Origin: an uncultured Syntrophobacterales bacterium
Lineage (GTDB): Bacteria > Desulfobacterota > Binatia > UBA9968 > JAJDTQ01
Assembly (NCBI GenBank): GCA_964438895.1
Contig: CAYTMJ010000001.1
Coordinates: 31,746-95,745 of the forward strand
Direction: 5' to 3'
DNA length: 64,000 nucleotides
The position numbers and the translations under genes are program-made. Below, one piece after another: positions 47,809 through 58,847 of this stretch. Each line of letters begins with the position of its first letter. The first letter of the stretch is position 1. Under the pieces are notes generated by a model. It saw nothing but the letters and a program-made list of their open reading frames with translations. It was not told the origin of the DNA and searched no databases.

Positions 47809-50800
47809 CGCTTGTACTTCTTGCCACTACCGCAGGGGCAAGCAGCATTGCGACCCACCTTGTCCCCATCCCGCCGCACGGTGACCACTGGCTCGAGCCC
47901 CTCGCCATCACCGCGGCTCAGGATCATCCCCTGGGGCTGCTGTCGTGTTTCCATCTCCTCCAGCTCGGTGATGGCTTGCTCATCATCCACCTCCACAGTG
48001 AAGAGTTTCCCGACGACGTCTTCCTGCATCCGATCGGACATGTCTTGAAACATGTCATAACCTTCCCGCTGGTACTCGTGAAGGGGATTCTTCTGACCGT
48101 AGCCGCGAAGACCGATACCCTCCTTAAGGTGGTCCATGTTCAAGAGGTGGTCCTTCCACAGCACGTCGATAGTTTGGAGCATAATAAGTTTCTCGAGCTG
48201 CCGCATGAGCTCCTCACCCAACCGCCCCTGCTTGTCCTCGTAGCCATTTTTCACTAAAGCAACGACCTTCTCTTCGATTTCCTCTGCGCTGATGGCTTCC
48301 AACTCCTCAGGAGTAAACTCTAGCCGCAGATTGAACCGCCCACGGAGGTGCTCGGCAAGGCCCCCAAGATCCCACTCGGAAGCCATAGCCTGCTTGTCCA
48401 CAAAGCGGTCCACCGCGTCCTCAGCGAGCTGGGTGGCCATCTCCATCAAATCGCCCTTGAGACCGCCACCTCCGAGCGCATCCCGACGCTGAGAGTAAAC
48501 TACCTCACGTTGCTTGTTCATGACGTCGTCGTATTCGAGCAGGTGTTTACGCATGTCGAAGTTGTGGGCCTCTACCTTTTTCTGGGCATTCTCGATTGCC
48601 CGACTCACCATCCCGTGCTCGATGGGGATCCCCTCCTCCATTCCCAACCGATTCATGATCCCCTGCATGCGATCAGCACCAAAGATCCGCATCAGGTCAT
48701 CCTCCAGCGACAGGAAGAACCGGGAAGCGCCCGGGTCGCCTTGGCGCCCAGCGCGGCCGCGTAACTGGTTGTCAATGCGCCGGCTCTCGTGCCGTTCCGT
48801 ACCGATGATATGGAGTCCACCAGCCTCCACTACCTGCTCGCGCTCCGCGGCAGAATTACCCTGATACCCCTCGAGGATCTCGTCGTAGCGATGGCTGTAC
48901 GCTTCTGGCGCTTTCTCTAGCTCTTCCCGCACTTCCTCCACAGCCTGCACATACTCCTGACGCTTGGACTCATAGGCCTCCTGCGCCCCCTGGATATCCT
49001 TTTCGTAGGGAATCCGAAGGGCTTCACAATGGGCTTCTGCTTCCTCAAAGGCTGCGCGGTTGTCTTCAAACTCCTTCACCAGCGTGGCATCCTCACCACG
49101 GGAAACCACAGATTGGGTGACTACAAATTCGTACTCCTCCAGGCGTTGCTCGTACAACCTGCGGTTGTCGTCAATCGCCTCGAGCAGTTGCTGACGGCTT
49201 CCGTCAGCCCCCTGCCAGTGCTCGATGGAAGCACCAAAGGTCTCACACGCTTCGTGAAACTCGCGCCGGATCGGAGACCTCTCCAACCCCTCATGGACGA
49301 GCATGGCCTCATCAAGACTTTCCTTGACGTCGATATATGATTCCGGAATCGCACGGAAACCGTGGAGCGCGTCGATGAGATCTGCTGACGACACTCGCTC
49401 GTACTCCTGCCGTAGATCTCGGAACGGGGACAACCCCATCAGCCGGTCCTGGATCTCAGTGAAGCTATGTAGGGATTCGCTCCGCTGCTGCTCGTACACC
49501 TTCGAGGCCGACTTGTAGCGATCCGTAACACGCTCCATCTCGTCGTCATACTTCTCTTTAAGCCCCCGCAACGCGTCCTCATATCGCTCCGCCCCTTGAA
49601 GTGGCAGCTTAGCGGCGCGTGTAATCCACTCGTTCTCCATATCGGAGCGAGCCAGGAACTCCGGATTCCCGCCCAACAGGATGTCAGTGCCCCGGCCGGC
49701 CATGTTGGTAGCGATGGTGACGGCGCCGAGCCGGCCTGCTTGTGCGATAATCGATGCCTCCGCCTCATGATTCACAGCATTGAGCACGTTGTGCTGAACT
49801 TTCTTCTTCTTGAGCATTTGGGAGAGGAGCTCCGACTTCTCGACGGTCACGGTCCCGACAAGCACCGGCTGCCCCTTGGCATGAGAATCGGCGATTTCCT
49901 CCGCCACCGCATCATACTTTTCTCGCTCGGTGCGGTACACCACGTCGGCACGGTCCAGTCGGACCATTGGCCGATGGGTAGGTACCACCACCACATCAAG
50001 ATCGTAGATCTTCTTGAATTCGGGAGCCTCTGTGTCAGCAGTGCCCGTCATACCCGCGAGCTTTGTATACATTCGGAAGTAGTTCTGGATCGTAATAGTG
50101 GCGAGGGTCTGGTTCTCCTCTCGGATATGGACCCCTTCCTTGGCCTCCACCGCCTGGTGTAACCCGTCGGACCAACGCCGGCCCGGCATGAGCCGACCGG
50201 TAAACTCATCCACGATGACGATCTCACCGTCCTTGATCACGTAATCCACATTACGCTTGAAGATGTTGTGAGCCTTAAGCGCCTGGTTTACGTGATGCAG
50301 CGTATCAATGTGCCGAGGGTCATATAGATTATGCACGCCCAGTAGCCGCTCCACTTTGGCTACCCCCCCCTCGGTGAAGGAGACGGTTTTAGCCTTTTCG
50401 TCAATGGTATAGTCGCCCTGCGCCTCAATGGCGTCCCTGTCCTCCTTAGACGGATCACCCTGCGTCACCGCACCACGCTGGAGCTTGGGGATGATTCGAT
50501 TGAGCTTAAAATACTTGTCGGTGGACTCCTCTGCTGGCCCGGAGATAATGAGCGGAGTCCGAGCCTCGTCGATGAGGATGTTGTCCACTTCGTCTACCAC
50601 GGCAAAGTGGAGCTCCCGCTGGACGTACTCTTCCAACGCGAACTTCATATTGTCCCGCAGGTAATCAAAACCAAACTCGTTATTAGTGCCGTAGGTAATG
50701 TCCGCTCGATAGGCCTCCTGGCGCGAGATCGGCCGCAGGTTGAGGTAGCGATAGTCCTTGGTGATGTAAGTAGGGTCGAACTGGTAGCTGACATCGTGCA

Positions 50801-51272
50801 CGATAGAGGCCACGGATAGTCCTAGGGCCTGGTAAATTGGCCCCATCCACTGGACATCTCGCCTCGCCAGGTAGTCATTGACCGTAATTAAGTGAACACC
50901 CTTGCCGGTCAGCGCATTGAGGTAGAAGGGTAGCGTAGCCACCAAGGTCTTCCCCTCACCGGTTTTCATCTCGGCGATCTTGCCCTCGTGGAGCACCATC
51001 CCACCGATGAGCTGGGCGTCGAAATGGCGTAGACCGATGGTTCGCCGGGACGCCTCCCGGGTGGCAGCGAATGCCTCCGGGAGAAGGCTGTCCACGGTCT
51101 GATCATCACCTAGCCGCTGTCGGAACTCGTCAGTCTTGTCCCGGAGCTCTGTGTCCGTCAGCTTCTCAAACTCCGGTTCCAGCTCATTGATTCGTCGCAC
51201 CAGGGGCGTGAATCGCTTTATCTGCCGGTCATTCTGGGTGCCGAAGATCTTCTTGACGAAGTTGCCGAGCAT
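47793..51272 (-). CDS. secA: Preprotein translocase ATPase SecA (1159 aa, enlarged VAR insertion in NBD2, C-terminal Zn finger)
   Basis: SecA DEAD motor motifs are present. About 240 aa are inserted between LGGNPEF and [32 protein letters not shown]-terminal zinc finger [15 protein letters not shown]. Confidence 0.9.
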   Translation of the reverse strand: MLGNFVKKIFGTQNDRQIKRFTPLVRRINELEPEFEKLTDTELRDKTDEFRQRLGDDQTVDSLLPEAFAATREASRRTIGLRHFDAQLIGGMVLHEGKIAEMKTGEGKTLVATLPFYLNALTGKGVHLITVNDYLARRDVQWMGPIYQALGLSVASIVHDVSYQFDPTYITKDYRYLNLRPISRQEAYRADITYGTNNEFGFDYLRDNMKFALEEYVQRELHFAVVDEVDNILIDEARTPLIISGPAEESTDKYFKLNRIIPKLQRGAVTQGDPSKEDRDAIEAQGDYTIDEKAKTVSFTEGGVAKVERLLGVHNLYDPRHIDTLHHVNQALKAHNIFKRNVDYVIKDGEIVIVDEFTGRLMPGRRWSDGLHQAVEAKEGVHIREENQTLATITIQNYFRMYTKLAGMTGTADTEAPEFKKIYDLDVVVVPTHRPMVRLDRADVVYRTEREKYDAVAEEIADSHAKGQPVLVGTVTVEKSELLSQMLKKKKVQHNVLNAVNHEAEASIIAQAGRLGAVTIATNMAGRGTDILLGGNPEFLARSDMENEWITRAAKLPLQGAERYEDALRGLKEKYDDEMERVTDRYKSASKVYEQQRSESLHSFTEIQDRLMGLSPFRDLRQEYERVSSADLIDALHGFRAIPESYIDVKESLDEAMLVHEGLERSPIRREFHEACETFGASIEHWQGADGSRQQLLEAIDDNRRLYEQRLEEYEFVVTQSVVSRGEDATLVKEFEDNRAAFEEAEAHCEALRIPYEKDIQGAQEAYESKRQEYVQAVEEVREELEKAPEAYSHRYDEILEGYQGNSAAEREQVVEAGGLHIIGTERHESRRIDNQLRGRAGRQGDPGASRFFLSLEDDLMRIFGADRMQGIMNRLGMEEGIPIEHGMVSRAIENAQKKVEAHNFDMRKHLLEYDDVMNKQREVVYSQRRDALGGGGLKGDLMEMATQLAEDAVDRFVDKQAMASEWDLGGLAEHLRGRFNLRLEFTPEELEAISAEEIEEKVVALVKNGYEDKQGRLGEELMRQLEKLIMLQTIDVLWKDHLLNMDHLKEGIGLRGYGQKNPLHEYQREGYDMFQDMSDRMQEDVVGKLFTVEVDDEQAITELEEMETRQQPQGMILSRGDGEGLEPVVTVRRDGDKVGRNAACPCGSGKKYKRCHGK

Positions 51273-51619
51273 AAGATCAGAATAGCGATAATGGTTGCGA
51301 GTTGCAATTTTCGGAATCAGGGCACCCTCTGTTCAGAACAAGAGGTACGTCAACCACGCCGTGCGACACTCATCGTAAATTGTCAGCCCTGTAGGAAAAT
51401 GCTCTCAGGCTAAGCTGCGCGCACGGTTCTTAGGGAGGCGTTTTACCAGGAGGTCACTTCGTACTTGAACAAGGGTGAGGAAGAGGTCAAGAACGCCCAC
51501 ACAATATCTCACAACGGGGATACAAACCGAACAGCGGAAACCAAAACCCCGTACCCCGAGCTGAGAGATCGACCCGACATATACTACCCTGTTTGGGATC
51601 CGCCTTCAGCGTATCCGAA

Positions 51620-52054
51620 CTATATGAAACTCTCCATCTTCTTGAAGAACTGATCAACCATCATTTTACCCACACCCCCCAGCATGCGTTGCCCCACGCC
51701 CGCGATGAGGCCACCAATCTTGGCATCCGTAATATACCGGAGCGTGGTGCCCGACTCCCCATTCTCCTCCAAATCGATGATCAGATCCCCGTGCATAAAA
51801 CCCGGACCGCCCGAACCCGAGCCACTCAGCACATAATGACTGGGGGCTTCCTTCTCTTTAATAGCGACCTTGGCCTTGTAGCTGCCCTTAACCGCAGCAA
51901 TTCCGACTTTGACAGTAGCCTCATACTGATCGGGCCCAATCTCCTCCATGCTTTCACAACCCGGCATGCACTTGGCCATGACCTTTGGATCTTGCAGGAT
52001 CTCCCAGACCCGTTCGCGCGAGGCATTGAACTGATAGCTTCCTTCGATCTTCAT
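51620..52054 (-). CDS. SRPBCC / CoxG-family protein
   Basis: 144 aa with a CoxG-like profile. Confidence 0.65.
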   Translation of the reverse strand: MKIEGSYQFNASRERVWEILQDPKVMAKCMPGCESMEEIGPDQYEATVKVGIAAVKGSYKAKVAIKEKEAPSHYVLSGSGSGGPGFMHGDLIIDLEENGESGTTLRYITDAKIGGLIAGVGQRMLGGVGKMMVDQFFKKMESFI

Positions 52055-52189
52055 AAACTCCTCCTATGGAACTACTGGGACGAGCAGAATGTTAGCAGCA
52101 TTTTGATCACTACAGAAAAGGGGGCAAGTCCAGTTCGGACTTGCCCCCTAACGTTTAAGACTTACGATACGCGCCTCGCAACCAACGCG

Positions 52190-53167
52190 CTACTTAAGAG
52201 CCTTGACAAACACGTCGGCGTTTCTCTTTATCAACTGGAACTGAGTGTCCATAACGGGCAGCCAGTCGTCACCGTAGACAGGCAAGGTCATGGCCCTCAT
52301 GGCCTTGAAGGTCGCCTGTGTTTCCGGGTCCTCAATAGCCGCGCGGAAGGCCTTGATGAGGACCGCCATCCGGTCCTTAGGCATCTTCGGAGGCGCTGCA
52401 ACTACACGACTAGCTGCCAAGGCCGTTAACTCCGGAAACCCAAGCTCACCCACGGTGGGGACATCCGGGTATCTAGGATCACGTTTCTTGAGATAAACCC
52501 AAAGCGGAATCAGAGACCCATCCTTGACGTATGCCATCTGGCCCGGAGAATCCAACCCTAGAGCGCGGGCATGCCCTTCACCGCGCACAATGGCCATGTT
52601 CGACGCCGGCGCACCAACGAAGCCCATGATGAACTTGGGGTTAAACTTCATGGTCGCGGCCGTGAGCGCAGAAGTGACCCAGCCAGTAGTACCGTAACCA
52701 GATTCGGGAATGAACACCTGCTTCGCCTTCTGAAAGTCCGCGAGGCTACGGAGACCATGCTGCTTTCCGGCGGCGTATATATACCGCCCGGCAGAGATAC
52801 GACCGATCCAACTGAAGTCATTAAGTTTGTATTGCGTCTCTTTGAACAACTGGCTAACGATAGCGCCAGGGAGATTGACGATACCGATGGTGTAGCCATC
52901 AGGCTTGGCAGCCGAAAGCAGGTTCCATGAAATCACCCCGCCGGCACCGGGTACGTTCCTGATGATGATGTTGACACCAAGCTTTTTTCTCATTACCTTG
53001 GCCACCGCCCGGCTGTGCAAATCAAACCCGCCACCCGGAGCGGCATTGATCAGCCATGTAATGGTCTTGTTGGGATACTTGTCGTCCTTCGCGGCCAGAG
53101 AGCCGTGGGCTGCCACCAAAACCAGAAAGAACCCAGCAAACACCACGAATAAATATCGACGCATCAT
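52190..53167 (-). CDS. Tripartite tricarboxylate transporter substrate-binding protein (TctC/Bug family), signal peptide
   Basis: Start at ATGATG at 53167 (MMRRYLFVVFAGFF), with AGGAGG upstream. Bug/TctC profile. Confidence 0.8.
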   Translation of the reverse strand: MMRRYLFVVFAGFFLVLVAAHGSLAAKDDKYPNKTITWLINAAPGGGFDLHSRAVAKVMRKKLGVNIIIRNVPGAGGVISWNLLSAAKPDGYTIGIVNLPGAIVSQLFKETQYKLNDFSWIGRISAGRYIYAAGKQHGLRSLADFQKAKQVFIPESGYGTTGWVTSALTAATMKFNPKFIMGFVGAPASNMAIVRGEGHARALGLDSPGQMAYVKDGSLIPLWVYLKKRDPRYPDVPTVGELGFPELTALAASRVVAAPPKMPKDRMAVLIKAFRAAIEDPETQATFKAMRAMTLPVYGDDWLPVMDTQFQLIKRNADVFVKALK

Positions 53168-53530
53168 GGTAACCTCCTGAAAATACTTTAAAAGGGAATA
53201 CGACTCCGCACAACAAAGGGCACGAATTACCACACGGCCTCGTCGTATGTCAACGTGGCACTATCACCCGCCGGCTCCTCCTCATCGTGCGACCTGCCCT
53301 TGCCCTACATCCTATGGTACTGAGCCTCGCCGTTCCCCGGGTTTTCATTCTTCTTTTGCTGTGTGAGATTCGTTTGCTCGCGAGGATCACAAAACCCCCG
53401 CGGGAATCAACGACTGGGGCATTGCCATCTCCTCTTCCGTGTGTCACTTTATTCGCGTCCATGTCACAATCGTTAACTTTTAGTAGCACCTAAAGACTCG
53501 TCAAGTTATCAATAATACAGGGCAATTCGC

Positions 53531-54475
53531 ATGCCGAAACCCATAGACCGACCTCCACACACTACGAGACGATGGTTGTTTCGTGTCTGCGGTAGTCTCG
53601 CGCACCTCCTGCTCTGGTTCTTGCGAACGACCTCACCCGTACGATTCGAACGAATCGCACGTCCCGTGATCCGGCTGTTCCTTAAGGTGGCGATCCCTAG
53701 CCGGCGGTTGACGGGCCTCATAGGTGCGGCATTCGGGGACTCCCTGGACACTTCGGCCAAGTTAGACTTGGCCAAAAAGGTAAAACGACAATGCGCGGAC
53801 GCAGCCGTCGACAGCCTGCTCCATATCGGCTATCCAGAACGGCTTCGGGACATCCTTCACATACAAGGCCTCGAACATCTAGACAGGGCTCTGGCTAGGG
53901 GCCATGGGGTAATCGCGCTAGGATTCCACCTTGGTAATTTCCTGCTCGTCGGCGGGGCTCTGATGCCCCGCGGCTATTCTATTCATTGCCTGTTTCGATT
54001 CCTCGACGACGTCAAGTTCATGGAGCTGATACTGCGTCACAGCCGCTCATTCTTTTCCACTCTGATCCCATCCATGCCTCGCCGTGTTGCCGTCAAGAAG
54101 ATCCTCACCGCACTCAGGCAAAACCACACTGTACTAATCCTAGGTGACAACCTTAAGCGCGGCGAAGTGGAAACCCGCCTCTTCGACCGACCGGTCCGCT
54201 CCGCTCGAGGCCCCGCGAGCCTAGCCCTCCGTTCCAGCGCGACGATACTACCAATGTACCTAATACGAAACGACGTCGGCGGCTTGGAGCTCGTAATCGA
54301 GGATGAACTGGAACTGATCCGCTCTGGCAACTTACAAGCGGACCTGCAAGTCAACACCGATCGTATCATGGGGCGTCTGGAATCTCTTATCCGCCGCTAT
54401 CCAGACCAATGGTACTGGCTCACCGCAAAGATCCCGCTGAAGGATGACGAGCTGTCTACGAAAGAGGTTGCTTGA
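53531..54475 (+). CDS. Lysophospholipid / lipid A (LpxL/HtrB-family) acyltransferase
   Basis: 314 aa. N-terminal TM segment, LPLAT pattern, and the C-terminal QWYWL motif typical of the LpxL family. Confidence 0.65.
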   Translation: MPKPIDRPPHTTRRWLFRVCGSLAHLLLWFLRTTSPVRFERIARPVIRLFLKVAIPSRRLTGLIGAAFGDSLDTSAKLDLAKKVKRQCADAAVDSLLHIGYPERLRDILHIQGLEHLDRALARGHGVIALGFHLGNFLLVGGALMPRGYSIHCLFRFLDDVKFMELILRHSRSFFSTLIPSMPRRVAVKKILTALRQNHTVLILGDNLKRGEVETRLFDRPVRSARGPASLALRSSATILPMYLIRNDVGGLELVIEDELELIRSGNLQADLQVNTDRIMGRLESLIRRYPDQWYWLTAKIPLKDDELSTKEVA

Positions 54476-54660
54476 CACCCCGGTGGGCGATGGTAGAGTC
54501 CAGACAGGGGTGACTATCAGATTTCTTCCCCGTTGGTATGCCGACGGTGGTCGTTCGTGCGGCACGTGACGTAGACCGTACAACGCACCGATCGCTACGC
54601 GGCACCTGTTCTGACGCGAATCTCCGCACGCGGCTTCGGCCGCAAGTAAAGGAGTTGTTT

Positions 54661-55698
54661 ATGCAAGGTGGATCCGAGGGCCCCTGGGGGCGTCGTCGAC
54701 AGGGCGGACCAGATTGGGACGACCTGCTGTCCAGGTTGCCCCAATTGCCCGGTTTTCTGAAATCCGGGGTCCCCTTCCTGGTGGCTGGGGTCATCGCTGT
54801 GCTATGGCTGGCCAGCGGCTTTTATACCATTCAGCCCGGCGAAGAAGGGGTGGTCACGCAATTCGGCAAAGTGTCACGTATTGGGACCGCCGGCCTTAAC
54901 TACCGCGCTCCCTGGCCCATCGAGGAGCTACGGAAGGTTAATGTGGCAGAGATTCGTCGACTGGAAGTGGGGTTCCGCAGCAACCCGTTACGGCCCAACC
55001 TAGTACGCCTTATCCCCGCAGAGTCCCTAATGCTCACCGGCGACGAAAATATCGTCAGCGCTCAGCTCACCGTACAGTACCGGATCAAGCAGCCAGAAAA
55101 GTTCCTGTTCAAACTGCGGGATCCCGTGACTACCCTACAGGCAGCCACCGAAGTAGCATTGCGCAGTCGAGTGGGTAACACCACCATCGAGGAGGTCCTC
55201 ACGGTGGGGCGGGACCGGGTCCAGAACGAGACCCAGGAATTCCTACAGCAGCTCATGGACACCTACCAGTCAGGAATTCAGGTCACCGAAGTCAAGCTAC
55301 AGACCGTGGAAGCCCCCAGTCAGGTCAAGGATGCCTTTGACGAAGTGGTGCGTGCACGCGAGGATCGGGAGAAGCTCATCAACCAGGCCCGGGGCTACCG
55401 CGAAGACGTCATCCCTAAGGCCCGGGGCGAGGTCCAGGAAATCGTTCAGGCAGCGGAGGCCTACAAGGAGGAGCGGACACTCAGGGCCAAGGGCGACGGT
55501 TCCCGCTTCAATGCGGTTCTGACCGAATACCGCAAGGCGCCCGGTGTGACACGGGAGCGTATTCACCTCGAGACCATCGAGAAGGTGCTGCCGAAAGTGG
55601 ATAAAATCATTGTCGATTCGAAGGGTGCTAAGAATGTAGTTCCGCTGCTACCACTAAAGGCCATGGCGGGATTTCCGGGAGTGGGAGGAAAACAATGA
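54661..55698 (+). CDS. hflK: FtsH protease modulator HflK (SPFH family)
   Basis: Start at the ATG at 54661, with AAGGAG upstream. The FYTIQPGEEGVVTQFGK block matches HflK. Confidence 0.8.
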   Translation: MQGGSEGPWGRRRQGGPDWDDLLSRLPQLPGFLKSGVPFLVAGVIAVLWLASGFYTIQPGEEGVVTQFGKVSRIGTAGLNYRAPWPIEELRKVNVAEIRRLEVGFRSNPLRPNLVRLIPAESLMLTGDENIVSAQLTVQYRIKQPEKFLFKLRDPVTTLQAATEVALRSRVGNTTIEEVLTVGRDRVQNETQEFLQQLMDTYQSGIQVTEVKLQTVEAPSQVKDAFDEVVRAREDREKLINQARGYREDVIPKARGEVQEIVQAAEAYKEERTLRAKGDGSRFNAVLTEYRKAPGVTRERIHLETIEKVLPKVDKIIVDSKGAKNVVPLLPLKAMAGFPGVGGKQ

Positions 55699-56621
55699 AC
55701 CGGTCCTACATCCTCTGGGTCATCGTCGGAGCCGTTGTCGTGGTACTACTATTCCCGCCCGTGCGGCCCTACTTCGTAGTGGGCGAATGGCAACAGTCCA
55801 TCGTCACCCAATTTGGCAAGTTCAAACGAGCCGTACGCGAACCCGGGCTTCACTGGAAAACGCCTTTCGTGGAAGACGTCACGATGTATGAGCGACGAAT
55901 TCTTGCCAGCGATGCGCAACCCAGAGATTACCTGACCTTGGATAAGAAGCGCGTAGTCGTGGACCATGTAACCAGATGGAGGATCAGCGATCCCTTCCAA
56001 TTCTTCAAAACGGCGCTAACACAGCAACGTGGGCGACTACTACTAGACGACATCGTGTTTTCCGAGCTGCGCCAAGAATTAGCGTCGCGAAACTTCGCCG
56101 ACATTATCGCAGGCCAGCGGGAATCGGCCATGGAGGCCGTTGCAAAACGTTCCGCTGAGAAAGCAAAGAGCGAATACGGGGTGACTGTTGTCGACGTCCG
56201 GGTCAAGCGTGCAGATCTTCCTTCCGAGGTGCAGATGAGCGTTTTCGAACGCATGCGCGCAGAACGCGAGCGAATCGCCAAACGCTACCGCTCAGAGGGC
56301 GAGGAGGAATCGAAGAAGATCCGTGCCCGAACCAACAAGGAAAAGACTATCCTCCTGGCAGAAGCGTACCGCCAAAGCCAGAAGCTACGTGGCCAAGGTG
56401 ACGGCGAGGCGACAGCCATCTATGCCGCCTCCTACGGACAGGACCCAGAGTTCTACAGTTTCATCCGAAGCCTCCAGGCGTACGAGAAGTTCCTGCCGGA
56501 GAAAACCACCGCCATTCTGTCGGAAGAATCGAAGCTGTTTCGACATCTAGGTGGATCCCAGGTGAACTCCATGGGAGAGTCAACGGCGCCGAGCTTGAGC
56601 GCCACCGAAGCAAAACCATGA
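55695..56621 (+). CDS. hflC: FtsH protease modulator HflC (SPFH family)
   Basis: 308 aa. 4-nt overlap with hflK. N-terminal TM segment plus SPFH domain. Confidence 0.8.
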   Translation: MNRSYILWVIVGAVVVVLLFPPVRPYFVVGEWQQSIVTQFGKFKRAVREPGLHWKTPFVEDVTMYERRILASDAQPRDYLTLDKKRVVVDHVTRWRISDPFQFFKTALTQQRGRLLLDDIVFSELRQELASRNFADIIAGQRESAMEAVAKRSAEKAKSEYGVTVVDVRVKRADLPSEVQMSVFERMRAERERIAKRYRSEGEEESKKIRARTNKEKTILLAEAYRQSQKLRGQGDGEATAIYAASYGQDPEFYSFIRSLQAYEKFLPEKTTAILSEESKLFRHLGGSQVNSMGESTAPSLSATEAKP

Positions 56622-56696
56622 CCTTGAACCCTTCGACAAGCGCCGAACAGGCCTTCCCAGGCATGGCAAGCGAACTTTGAAGGGCCCGGAGGAGAG

Positions 56697-57785
56697 ATGA
56701 AGATCGAGAGTCTTAGCAACTTCGAGCGGGTGGATCGTAACGCCGAAGTGATGGACACGCCCTATGATCGCTGGGTGCAATCCCAGGGGATGGAGGTGAT
56801 CCGGGGCTACTTCGTAGAGGACCTCAAGGAAGTGCCGATGAAATGGTGGGACCGCAAAGGCGGCTACGGAGTCTACATCAACCTGGAGGGCGCCGGTTAT
56901 CTGGACGACGCCTTCGTCGTCTCTATTCCGCCAGGCAAGAGCCTCAACCCAGAGAAACATATTTATGACGAGCTTGTCTACGTCCTGTCAGGCCGCGGAG
57001 CAACCACCCTATGGCAGAGTGACGGCAAAGGACAGAGCTTCGAGTGGCAGGAGGGGAGCCTGTTTGCTATCCCGGTAAACGCCACCTACCAGCACTTCAA
57101 CGGTTCGGGCGACTCGGAAGCCAAGCTCCTGGGGGTTACTAACGCCCCATTGGTCTACAACATTTTCCACAACGAAGACTTCGTCATGAACAATCCCTAC
57201 GCCTTCAGGGACCGGTTCGATGACGATCAGGATTTTCGCGGTCACGCGCGCCTATACAACGACCGTGTGCTGGAGACCAACTTCATTCCAGACGTCGCCA
57301 ACATTGAGCCCATCGCGTGGGAGGCACGAGGCAAGGGTAGCCGAACGGTGTTCTTCGAGTTGGTGGCGAGCCACATGGGGGCCCACGTCTCGGAATTCCC
57401 GGTGGGACGCTATAAGAAAGCCCACCGCCACGGTCCCGGGGCCCACGTAATGATCCTTTCCGGTGAAGGCTATTCTCTGATGTGGCCAGAGGGCGAGGAA
57501 AAGCAACAGTTCATCTGGAAGCCCGGCTCCCTAGTGGTGCCCCCTGAGGGCTGGTTCCACCAGCATTTCAACTCCGGGCCCCAACCGGCCCGTTATCTCG
57601 CCCTCAAGATGCTGAGCCGTATGTTTAAGCTAGCTCCCGGCCCGATCCAATCCGACGTACCCCTAAACGAGGGTGGCTGGCAAATCGAGCATGAAGACGA
57701 GGACGAAGACGTCATTCAGCTCTTCGTGAATGCCTGCGGTGACTCTGGCGCCCAGGTAGACATGGCCCACATCCTAGCGCGATAG
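56697..57785 (+). CDS. Bicupin protein, gentisate-1,2-dioxygenase-like
   Basis: 362 aa with two cupin barrels. The C-terminal cupin carries AHRHGPGAHV and FHQHFN metal-site motifs. Confidence 0.6.
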   Translation: MKIESLSNFERVDRNAEVMDTPYDRWVQSQGMEVIRGYFVEDLKEVPMKWWDRKGGYGVYINLEGAGYLDDAFVVSIPPGKSLNPEKHIYDELVYVLSGRGATTLWQSDGKGQSFEWQEGSLFAIPVNATYQHFNGSGDSEAKLLGVTNAPLVYNIFHNEDFVMNNPYAFRDRFDDDQDFRGHARLYNDRVLETNFIPDVANIEPIAWEARGKGSRTVFFELVASHMGAHVSEFPVGRYKKAHRHGPGAHVMILSGEGYSLMWPEGEEKQQFIWKPGSLVVPPEGWFHQHFNSGPQPARYLALKMLSRMFKLAPGPIQSDVPLNEGGWQIEHEDEDEDVIQLFVNACGDSGAQVDMAHILAR

Positions 57786-57829
57786 GAAGCGCTCTACCTA
57801 GACACCGTGCTTGCGCGGTATAGGAATTA

Positions 57830-58795
57830 TTACTGTGGCCTGAGCCGCTCAATAGTCTCGATGTAGTCTTTGATGCCCGCTTCGAGGTCGTAAGCTGGGG
57901 TGAAGCCCAGATGCTCTTTCGCCTTAGTAATGTCGAATATGCAATAGCTCTTCTTCTCGCTCATACGGAAGTCCAGCCCTGAGCCAATCTCGATCTTGCT
58001 TTCTGGATAGAGCCCCCCGAGGATGCGCTCGAAGTCATGTAGCGTCACGCCCACGCCGGTACCGATATTGAACGCGCGCTCGGTCGGATCCTTAACCTGC
58101 AGGGCAAGGACAATGGAGCGCGCCACGTCCCCGACGTACAGCGCCTCGTTGGACTGATCCCCACCGCTTTCCGCCGAAAAGCCCTTACCCGACATAACGT
58201 TCTCGATCATCTGGCCATAGAGCGATAATGCGCCGTGACGTACTTCCTTGCCCGGACCGTAGATAGATCCGAAGCGCAACGACACGAAGTCCACGCCGTG
58301 CTTCTTTCGGTAGTAAGTGCCCAACGTCTCGCAACACACCTTGATGGTCCCGTAGAGGTCCGCGGGGTTCTGAGGATGTTCCTCGTTAACCGGCACGTAG
58401 TCCGGATACGCGTTACGGCCGCCGATTTCGCCGTACACCGCCTTGGAACTGGTGAACACCACCCTTTCCAGTCCGCGGTGTCGCGCTATCTCGAGAATAT
58501 TGAGGGTCCCATCTACCCCGACTTTGATTCCGAGGGCTGGATCCGCTTCCGCCGGACCGGGCATCAATGCTGCCAGGTGGGCCACGTGCGTGATCCCATG
58601 GTCGGTTACAACCTTATCTAGGCTCTCGGGGTCCAGGATGTCCCCCACCACCAAATCGACACTCTTCTCGATGTCCGAGATCAGAGAGAGATCCATCCGG
58701 TTGTCTAGTAGTACCGGCCGCTCACCCGCCCGGATCAGGTGTCTCGCAGTGACCGCACCGTTCACGCCCATTCCGCCCGTGATCAGAATCTTCAT
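57830..58795 (-). CDS. NAD-dependent epimerase/dehydratase (extended SDR)
   Basis: 321 aa. N-terminus ILITGGMGVNG and a YxxxK region. Confidence 0.8.
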   Translation of the reverse strand: MKILITGGMGVNGAVTARHLIRAGERPVLLDNRMDLSLISDIEKSVDLVVGDILDPESLDKVVTDHGITHVAHLAALMPGPAEADPALGIKVGVDGTLNILEIARHRGLERVVFTSSKAVYGEIGGRNAYPDYVPVNEEHPQNPADLYGTIKVCCETLGTYYRKKHGVDFVSLRFGSIYGPGKEVRHGALSLYGQMIENVMSGKGFSAESGGDQSNEALYVGDVARSIVLALQVKDPTERAFNIGTGVGVTLHDFERILGGLYPESKIEIGSGLDFRMSEKKSYCIFDITKAKEHLGFTPAYDLEAGIKDYIETIERLRPQ

Positions 58796-58847
58796 TCCTT
58801 GCCTCCGTAGCGCCCTTTTTCTTCAGGCCAATTTATTCGCCCGTATC

